From a virus (lineage: Duplodnaviria > Caudoviricetes): DNA of 64,000 nt. Below the pieces are notes generated by a model. That model saw only the letters and a program-made list of their open reading frames with translations, searched no databases and was not told the origin of the DNA. Location: positions 1-64,000 of IMG/VR virus record IMGVR_UViG_2799112265_000001. The stretch is one strand, 5' to 3'. The translations under genes were made by a program, and so were the position numbers. Every line of letters starts with the position of its first letter. Positions within the stretch are counted from its first letter, which is position 1. Positions 57,054 to 64,000 of the stretch are shown one piece after another.

Positions 57054-57898
57054 TGTTGCGGAAGCAGTGCCCGGCGCGGGCGGAGAAGGTTCTGGCCGGC
57101 GACTTGCAGTGCCAGCGGGCCGCCCGGCATGTGGGGGAGCACAAGGCGTCACCGAGGGCGGATTCGGCGATGCATCATTCGTGGTCGGAGGGCGCTGACC
57201 GGTTCGGCTACCAGTGGCTGCCCGGCAACGTCCGGTTCCGCAAGCGAGAGTGCCAGGCCCTCGACAAGGTGTCGTACGGCCTGGGCGGGCTCGTCGTGCG
57301 GGTGCTCATGTCCGCAGCGCTCTGGGCGAGCGGGAACCCGGGCGCCGCCGCGGTGTTCTTCGTCTTGGACATGCTGCTGTCCGTACGGCGGCCGCACTTC
57401 GTGGACGTCGGCCGGTTCACCGTGGGCGTGTTCCTGGCGGTTCCTCGAAGCAACTGCGAGCCGTTCTTCTCGATCGGCTTCACCCGGCACGGGCCCGACG
57501 CGGGCGCGCCGGCGAACGGCCTGTCCATCGGGTTCGGCCGCGTCGTGCTCATGGCGTGCACGCTGCTCCCGCGAGCCGAGTGGAAGGTGTTCCGGGCGGA
57601 GCAGGCCGAGCGGCGGGCGCAGCGGAAGGGGCCCCGAAGGGCGCTCCGGGTCCGGCGTCGGCTGCGTCGGCTCGTGGTGGCGGGGCCGAGGTCGCTGCGG
57701 GTGGGTTCGTGGATGCTGTGGTCCGGGCGGATGCCCGGGACGACCATCGGGGTCGGGCAGATCACGGTGGCGGACAAGCCGTCCGACCTGCGGCTGACGC
57801 GGACCGAGGACTGGCGGGGACACACGGTGGTCCTGTTCGGGCGGGCGTTCGCAGTGCTGCGGAGCCGGCCGGTCGAGGTTCGGCAGCTTCGCACCTGA
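57053..57898 (+). CDS. Hypothetical membrane-associated protein
   Basis: C..C...H.G.H motif followed by hydrophobic segments. Confidence 0.5.
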   Translation: MLRKQCPARAEKVLAGDLQCQRAARHVGEHKASPRADSAMHHSWSEGADRFGYQWLPGNVRFRKRECQALDKVSYGLGGLVVRVLMSAALWASGNPGAAAVFFVLDMLLSVRRPHFVDVGRFTVGVFLAVPRSNCEPFFSIGFTRHGPDAGAPANGLSIGFGRVVLMACTLLPRAEWKVFRAEQAERRAQRKGPRRALRVRRRLRRLVVAGPRSLRVGSWMLWSGRMPGTTIGVGQITVADKPSDLRLTRTEDWRGHTVVLFGRAFAVLRSRPVEVRQLRT

Positions 57899-58008
57899 GC
57901 ACCATCAACCTGGGTGGTGTACCATTCCGGGCGTGGTGCCGACATGGGGTTACCCCAGTCGGTGCTGGGCGCAACACCGCGCCACGTCTCCGCTCACGGA
58001 GCCCCGCC

Positions 58009-58608
58009 ATGCCCCGCATCGCCAACAGGCTGAACATCGAAGCTCCGGACTACGACGCTCTGCGCGAGAAGGCCGAGAGGGACGTCGTCCAGGCCCTGGA
58101 CCGGGTCGAGCGCCTGGACGACCGCGTCCAGCTGGCTGCAGAGATCATCCAGCAGGCCGACATCGAGATCGCCACCTACGCCGACACCCGTAACGAGCTG
58201 CTCGCCAGTCTCTACCTGCACGATCTGATCGAGGGCGCGCAGCTCAGCCAGATCGCCGGCGTCAACAAGAACGGGCTGCGCAGGCTGCTGGGGTACGCCG
58301 TGTACGGCTCCGCGGCGAGGAAGACGCTCCCGGCGTACATGAGCGACGCGGACATGAACGCGCTCGCCAAGCAGATGAACGTCCGCCACATCAAGAAGTC
58401 CCCGGGGAAGCAGCTCCTGGAGGCGTCCCTCGTCATCGAGGAGGCCAAGGCCCGCCGCAAGGCCGCCCTGCCCGTCTTCCGGAGGACGGCTCTCGAGCTG
58501 GTGGAGAAGCACGACTGGGCGGTGCACCAGGTCGCGGCTCACACCGGGCAGACGAACAAGTTGATGAGCGAACACCTCAAGTTCGCCCGCAAGGCCCGGA
58601 AGTCCTGA
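58009..58608 (+). CDS. Putative double-HTH DNA-binding protein
   Basis: AQLSQIAGVNKNGLRRLL and VHQVAAHTGQTNKLM; GGAG RBS; partial class I promoter at ~57915. Confidence 0.6.
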   Translation: MPRIANRLNIEAPDYDALREKAERDVVQALDRVERLDDRVQLAAEIIQQADIEIATYADTRNELLASLYLHDLIEGAQLSQIAGVNKNGLRRLLGYAVYGSAARKTLPAYMSDADMNALAKQMNVRHIKKSPGKQLLEASLVIEEAKARRKAALPVFRRTALELVEKHDWAVHQVAAHTGQTNKLMSEHLKFARKARKS

Positions 58609-58687
58609 CGGCTTACCCGCCTCCAACTCGCCGGCCCCGACGCATAGTCGGGGCCGGTTCTCGTGTTGCCCCAGGTCGGACCGGGGA
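58603..58687 (+). repeat. 85-bp direct repeat, copy 2
   Basis: Colinear with 47820-47904. Confidence 0.8.
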
Positions 58688-58951
58688 CGGATTATCAGGC
58701 CCCGGTACCGGCGCCTGATAATCCGGCGCCGGTGAAACCTGCCACCGGAAAGCCGGGTCCCGGAGGATCAGGCGCCTTTAGTAACAAGATCAAGTAACAC
58801 AATGAAGTAGTTCCGATGCCTTCGCTTCGCTCAGGCATCGGCGGGCATCTCGTCTCGCTTCGTCTCCGCGCTCCGGCGCCGAAGCGGCGCACCACAAGCA
58901 GCAGCAGGGGAGAGGTGTCGCAAAATCCGGGCGGGTGACGTTCCACCAGAC

Positions 58952-59659
58952 ATGACGATGAACACCACGCCTCCGCAGAACCTCGCCCGCCACTTCTACG
59001 ACATCCATCGGGCCGACGTCGCCGATCAGGGCGGCCAGCTCCCGCACTGGTACCAGCTCCCGGCCGAGATCCAGGCCAACGTGCAGAAGGACGTGGACAA
59101 GTTCTGGACCGCGCTGCGCAACGCCGAGCAGGAGCAGCAGCAGGAGCGGGTCGAGCCGGAGGCGGTGCCGGACATCCGCGGAGTGCTGGAGAGCGCCGGA
59201 GCCGACCAGGCGGAAGGCCCGGAGAGCACCCCCTCGCCCGTCAACGCGTGCAACTGCCCCTCCTGCCTGCTGGAGGCCGTCCTGCGGATGCTGAACCCGC
59301 CGACCGAGGGTCCGCCCGCGCCGCCCGCCGAGCGGCGGGTCCGCCTGGTCCCGCTCGACGTCCGCCGCTGGGGTGTGACGCTGAGCGCCGACGAGGAGGA
59401 GAAGCTGGAGAAGCCCGCCCGGAGGGCGCGGCCAGCAGAGCTGGAGCTGATCGTCGCCCGTATCGACCCGGGCGTCCTCACCGGCGACGCCCCGGCCCCG
59501 CCGCCGATCATCGACTTCGGCACGCCGTGGATCACCGAGGCCGGCCTCGAACGAGCGTTCCGGGAGGAGATGCGGCGTGACCGGGAGCGGCAGCGCTGGG
59601 CCGCATGGGTCGGCGATTCCTTGAAGCGGCTCTCGACGGTGTCTGCGGGCACGGTGTAA
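58952..59659 (+). CDS. Hypothetical protein, probably leaderless from a class II promoter
   Basis: TGTCGC-N17-CGTT ends 9 nt before ATG; CNCPSC motif. Confidence 0.6.
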   Translation: MTMNTTPPQNLARHFYDIHRADVADQGGQLPHWYQLPAEIQANVQKDVDKFWTALRNAEQEQQQERVEPEAVPDIRGVLESAGADQAEGPESTPSPVNACNCPSCLLEAVLRMLNPPTEGPPAPPAERRVRLVPLDVRRWGVTLSADEEEKLEKPARRARPAELELIVARIDPGVLTGDAPAPPPIIDFGTPWITEAGLERAFREEMRRDRERQRWAAWVGDSLKRLSTVSAGTV

Positions 59660-59937
59660 CAGAACCTGCCGCCCTGTCGTACTACAGGGTGAGGCCGGTT
59701 CCCCAACACCGGCCGCCTCTCGGGGTGACAGGCGCAAGCACCGCCTCCCTCCCCACACCGTGACGGCGCGCAGCCATCGCCCCGAGAGGCCCAGGCTTCC
59801 GGCCCGGACCGCCTCCCTGCACAGGGGGAGCGAGTCGTCTGCGGTCCCGCCGGAACACGCGGCCTGGCCACGGGTCTGGGCATGGACCCCAGGCCAGGCC
59901 GCGACACAAACCCCCCACGGACTGCACCTTCCGGGCC

Positions 59938-61728
59938 ATGTCCCTACCGCAGTCCCCCGCCCGGCGGCGCGTGACGCCCTCCAGCGAGGCGCTGCGCAAA
60001 GCCCGCCAGCCCGGCGTCACCTCCAAGGACGCCGCGAACGTCGCCGACGTCCTGCTCCGCGCCCCCGCCAAGGCCCGCCGGCACGCCTTCAAGCACGACA
60101 TGGGCGGCCGTGAGCGGGCGTACGTCATGCGGGAGGTCGAGCGGGCCACCGGCTCCATGTACGGGCTGTGGGCGGACACCCCGTCCGGGTTCATCGAGGA
60201 CGTCCTCGGCGAAAGCATCTGGGGCAAGCAGCGGGAGATCGTCGACGCGGTCCCGTTCCACAAGCGGGTGGCCGTCCCCGCCGGATTCGGCGTCGGAAAA
60301 ACGTGGATCGCGGGCAGGCTCGTCGCCTGGGCCGGGTCCGTCAACGCCCCCGGCACCATGGTCATCGTCACCACCGCGACCCGGTTCCGGCAGGTCCGTA
60401 ACCAGCTCTGGCCCCACATCCGCAAGACGGTCGCCCGAGCCGGGTTGCCGGGCTACTGCGACACGACGCAGTGGAAGATGCCCGACCAGTGGGGCAACGA
60501 CGTTCTCGTGGCGTACGGCTTCACCGCGCCGGACAACGACGAAGCCGCAATGCAGGGCATACATGGGACCCCGAAGCTGCTGATCGTCGTCGACGAGGCC
60601 GGCGGCATCGCGCGCATGATCGGCGCAGGCACGAACAACCTCCTCACCGGTGACGCGCGGATGCTGGCGATCGGCAACCCCGCGATGGACGACCCGCGGT
60701 CCTGGTTCGAGACCCTGTGCGAGGAAGGCGACGACCCCGAGGAACCGTCCACCGTCACCATCCCCATCGCCACGTTCGACTCCCCGGCGATCACCCGCGA
60801 ACGCGTCCCGTTCTGCAACGACTGCCCCGACGGCGTACCCCGGCACTCCCTCGCCATCCACCTCCCCGACCAGGACTGGGTGGACCGCACCCTGCGCGAG
60901 TACGGCGAGGACCACCCGTACGTCATCGCCAAGGTGCACGCCAAGTTCCCGAAGGGCGGCGGCGGCCTGGCGATCCCCGTCACCTGGGTCGAGGACGCGC
61001 AGAACAACGACGACCCGACCGGACCCGGCTGGCACCGGATATGCGACCTCGGCCTCGAAGGCGAGACCGCCAAGCACACCGTGAAGGAAGGGGCCTGGGT
61101 CCGGTTGGGCGTCGACGTCGCCGCCGACGGCGGCGATGAGTTCACCATCTACCGGGTGGTCGGCGACGCCGTGGAGATGCGTCACGCCAGCTCCGGCACC
61201 GCCAACGACAACCAGGTGAAGGTCGCGGAGAAGGTGCTCGAGGAGATCCGCGCCGCGCAGCGCCTGGCGGATGCCCTGAAGTCCCCGCACCCCGTCCGCG
61301 TGAAGGTCGACAAGAACGGCATCGGCCACGGCGCGACCAGCATGCTGGAGGTCTGGGCCGACAACGGCACCCACCAGGCCCAGATCGTGGGCGTCATGGT
61401 GTCCGAGAGCCCCAGCCAGGACGACCCCGGCGCCGTGATGCGCCCGTACCGGAAACGGGACGAGATGTGGCTCGCCACCAGGGCGCTGCTGCAGCCGGAC
61501 CCGTCCACCGGCACCGGACGGCTCCGGCTCCGCGTCGACCGGCAGGCCGGCATCCAGCTCTCCACGCCCAAGCTCGGGTCGAACACCGCCGGGTACAGCA
61601 TCATCGAGTCGAAGAAGACGATGAAGGCCCGCGGCATGAAGTCCCCCGACCGTGCGGAGGCCGCGCTCCTCGCCCTGTACGAGCCCGATCCGATCAACCG
61701 CCGTCGCCGTCGCGGTCTGCTCAACTGA
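59938..61728 (+). CDS. terL: Phage terminase large subunit
   Basis: Q motif, Walker A AGFGVGKT, Walker B LIVVDEA, IGNP coupling motif; RNase H nuclease motifs LGVDVA, VDKNGIG, KSPDRAEA. Confidence 0.85.
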   Translation: MSLPQSPARRRVTPSSEALRKARQPGVTSKDAANVADVLLRAPAKARRHAFKHDMGGRERAYVMREVERATGSMYGLWADTPSGFIEDVLGESIWGKQREIVDAVPFHKRVAVPAGFGVGKTWIAGRLVAWAGSVNAPGTMVIVTTATRFRQVRNQLWPHIRKTVARAGLPGYCDTTQWKMPDQWGNDVLVAYGFTAPDNDEAAMQGIHGTPKLLIVVDEAGGIARMIGAGTNNLLTGDARMLAIGNPAMDDPRSWFETLCEEGDDPEEPSTVTIPIATFDSPAITRERVPFCNDCPDGVPRHSLAIHLPDQDWVDRTLREYGEDHPYVIAKVHAKFPKGGGGLAIPVTWVEDAQNNDDPTGPGWHRICDLGLEGETAKHTVKEGAWVRLGVDVAADGGDEFTIYRVVGDAVEMRHASSGTANDNQVKVAEKVLEEIRAAQRLADALKSPHPVRVKVDKNGIGHGATSMLEVWADNGTHQAQIVGVMVSESPSQDDPGAVMRPYRKRDEMWLATRALLQPDPSTGTGRLRLRVDRQAGIQLSTPKLGSNTAGYSIIESKKTMKARGMKSPDRAEAALLALYEPDPINRRRRRGLLN

Positions 61729-61825
61729 CGGCGGCCGCCGCGCTACGATCACGCCACCCTGGGCACCGGCTGGTCCTCTCCCCGGCCCGTGCCCGAGGGC
61801 CTCGCACGACTTTCGGAGGGCACCT

Positions 61826-62539
61826 GTGTCACGTCGTACACGCCGTCACGGCAGCGGAGGCCGCACCGGGCAGCACTACAGCGCCACCCCGAACCTGCGG
61901 TCCTACAGCACCCCACCGGCCGGGCCGGTCACCATCACCCGCGCCGACGGCACCACGGACGTCGAGGCCCCGCAGAGGGCCGTGCGCAGCACCCCGCCCG
62001 CGCAGCGGCGGAAGAAGCCGCCGGCCGGGAAGAAGCCGAAGCCGCGTCTGATGCCCACGATGAAGCAGCTCCTCACCGTGGAGTGCACCGGCTGCGGCCG
62101 GCCGGTGGGGGAGCCGTGCACGATGCGGCAGGGGCACCGCGCCCGGGTTGAGCTGTACCGGGCGGTCAACGGGCAGAGCGACGCCACCCCCGATCAGGTG
62201 AAGGCCGCCGTGCAGAAGGGGGCCCAGGTCCGGGAGGAGAAGCTGGCCGCACGCCGTCGCCCCCCGACCGAGGCCGAGCGCGCCTCGCGGGCCGCCCAGT
62301 CCGAGGCCGCCAAGGAGAACAACCGGCGCAAGAGCAGCAACGGGAATCCTGGCTCCCCAACCAGGTCGGCGAACACCCGCGCGGTTCCGCCTGCGCTCGT
62401 CAAGGCCCGCGTCTGCCGCCGGTGCGGCGCAGCACCCGGCGAGTCGTGCAACGCTCGGTTGAAGGACGGCTCGGCCGCGTTCCACCAGGAGCGGGTGCAG
62501 GATGCCCGCCGCGACCTCCAGGCCGTGATCGACGGCTGA
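61826..62539 (+). CDS. Basic protein with two C-x2-C-x7-C..H zinc fingers
   Basis: CTGCGRPVGEPC..H and CRRCGAAPGESC..H; GGAGG RBS. Confidence 0.65.
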   Translation: MSRRTRRHGSGGRTGQHYSATPNLRSYSTPPAGPVTITRADGTTDVEAPQRAVRSTPPAQRRKKPPAGKKPKPRLMPTMKQLLTVECTGCGRPVGEPCTMRQGHRARVELYRAVNGQSDATPDQVKAAVQKGAQVREEKLAARRRPPTEAERASRAAQSEAAKENNRRKSSNGNPGSPTRSANTRAVPPALVKARVCRRCGAAPGESCNARLKDGSAAFHQERVQDARRDLQAVIDG

Positions 62540-62615
62540 CCGGGCACGGGCGAGAACGAGCCCATCCTGGCCGCACCTCCACCCGGGCCGACCGGACAAG
62601 GCACACTCTTGTGTC

Positions 62616-63632
62616 ATGAGTTCGCCCGCCCACCGCCTCAACGCCGGCAGCGGCCGCCCCGACACGGCGGCCACGCTCACCGTCGTGCCCCCGCCCGCGA
62701 CCGCTGTCGTCGAGCTGGAGCAGGTTGTCGGCCGGCTCCGACGGCTGCACCGGGCCTCGCCGCGCTTCCTGTCCGCCGCCCGGCTGCAGCAGATCGAATG
62801 GGTGGCCGCCGAACTCACCACCGCGCTCCCGCTCGGCCTGTCCGAGACCGCCGGGGAATCCCTGGCCGCTCTCCTCGCCGAGGACGCCGTCGGCGCCTAC
62901 CTGGCCTACAGCCGCAGCGGCTTCCTGCGGACCATGCCCACCGTCTCCACCGACCCCACCAGCAGCGACGCCTCCGAACGCATCCGGATCTTCTGCCTGG
63001 ACCTGATCGCCCGCGAGGCCAAGGTCCCCTTCACGATCCCCCCGGCCCTCCCGCAGAAGCTCAGCCGGACCCGTCCGGACTTCGCCGACCTCATCACCAG
63101 CCACCTGGACGAGCTGGCCGAACGGCATCTCGTCGAGGGCGGCGAGGAGTGGGTGGAGTCGTTCTCCTCGGAGTCCCTGGTCCGGGGCCGCGCCATGTGG
63201 GCGGTCATGCGACGCCTCAAGCCCCGCATCGGGGAACTGGAGGTGATGGGGACGACCGACTGCGTCGCGGACGCCAGCGGGCTCTACACGGTGACCGTGA
63301 TCCGGATGCCCCAGGGCGGTAACCGCGGGGAGAGACCGGAAGCCGACACGGCCACCCTCGACGAGGCAGACAGCGCTCTGATGGGCGAGTGGCTGAAGCT
63401 GCGCACCGAGCTGATCACCCGACTGCGCGGCGGTGTCCCCGATCAGCTCTGGCTGGCCGTGCCGCCCGCCGCCGACTACGGCGTCCCCATCAACCGGCGC
63501 GGCATCAGCCGGTTCTACAAGAAGGTCGCCGACCAGATCCAGAGAAAGCAGGACGCCGCCGGCGTTCCCGAGGAAGACCTGATCCCCACCAGGTGGGAGA
63601 CGTTGCGGCGCGCCCTGGCCGCACCCGACTAG
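62616..63632 (+). CDS. Truncated tyrosine-recombinase-like protein
   Basis: PRIGEL (box I Arg) and ETLRR at the HxxR position; ends before any catalytic Tyr. Confidence 0.5.
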   Translation: MSSPAHRLNAGSGRPDTAATLTVVPPPATAVVELEQVVGRLRRLHRASPRFLSAARLQQIEWVAAELTTALPLGLSETAGESLAALLAEDAVGAYLAYSRSGFLRTMPTVSTDPTSSDASERIRIFCLDLIAREAKVPFTIPPALPQKLSRTRPDFADLITSHLDELAERHLVEGGEEWVESFSSESLVRGRAMWAVMRRLKPRIGELEVMGTTDCVADASGLYTVTVIRMPQGGNRGERPEADTATLDEADSALMGEWLKLRTELITRLRGGVPDQLWLAVPPAADYGVPINRRGISRFYKKVADQIQRKQDAAGVPEEDLIPTRWETLRRALAAPD

Positions 63633-63683
63633 GCGCGCCTGGAAGGCGCCTGAGCGCCCCCAGGACGCTGGTACGGTCCCCGC

Positions 63684-63899
63684 ATGGATATCGCCTGTCC
63701 CGCACCGCTCTTCGCGTCCCTCACGGCCGCTGAACGCGTCGAGGTGGAGCGGGCGGCGGCCGTCGCCGGGCAGCCGGTCGAGGAGTTCGTGCGGGCCGCC
63801 GTGCTGGACGCGGCCCGCGATCCGTTCCTCGCCGCCCTCGACCAGGCCGTCACTACTGTCGTCACCCGAGACCGGATTCAGCACGACTACGCCCGCTGA
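63684..63899 (+). CDS. DUF1778/RHH-like small protein
   Basis: LTAAERVEVERAAAVAGQPVEEFVRAAVLDAA; leaderless behind TACGGT. Confidence 0.6.
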   Translation: MDIACPAPLFASLTAAERVEVERAAAVAGQPVEEFVRAAVLDAARDPFLAALDQAVTTVVTRDRIQHDYAR

Positions 63900-63927
63900 G
63901 TCCTGTGGGGCCCGTAGGCTCCCACCA

Positions 63928-64000
63928 TGGCAGAACTGACCTCCCTCGCCGACGCCTACGACCTCGAACGCGTACGTGAGGCGCCCGCCAGGGGGCGCGA
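63928..64000 (+). CDS. 5' end of a CDS running off the window
   Basis: TAGGCT 6 nt before ATG; frame open to the window end. Confidence 0.4.

Noticed and set aside
57960-57980. Possible sixteenth AGAGCAA-type hairpin
   Set aside because: Stem is only 5 bp and the loop CTGGGCGCAA is too divergent.
1-64000. tRNA, rRNA, reverse transcriptase (retron/DGR), capsid, portal or tail genes
   Set aside because: No recognisable signatures by eye; divergent structural proteins among the hypotheticals cannot be excluded without an HMM or structure search.

Overview
Very GC-rich, actinobacterial (Streptomyces-like) extrachromosomal or prophage-type DNA, best read as part of a large phage-plasmid or giant plasmid. 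Plasmid functions: ParA plus an atypical partner, a PemK/MazF-type TA pair and a DUF2637/SpdA-like protein. Phage functions: terminase large subunit, a probable small subunit, an amidase endolysin, SSB, a Sak4-like AAA ATPase, two HTH replication initiators and a DnaC-like loader. No capsid, portal, tail, tRNA, rRNA or CRISPR array was seen. A block of about 25 kb of small genes diverges from ~38.9 kb and includes DpdA-like, PAPS-reductase-like and C5-methyltransferase genes; a Mom-like XF1762 gene lies just to its right. The strongest unexplained signal is cis-regulatory. Fifteen sense-oriented 5'-UTR hairpins share a near-invariant AGAGCAA loop with covarying stems. There is also a repeated sigma70-type promoter containing TTCCGnnTGGTGTAC, and a second promoter class (YGTMRC-N17-CGTW) that may belong to the locally encoded BldN-like ECF sigma factor. 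All family calls were made by eye from motifs and no database search was run. Start codons were adjusted by eye using RBS or promoter position.
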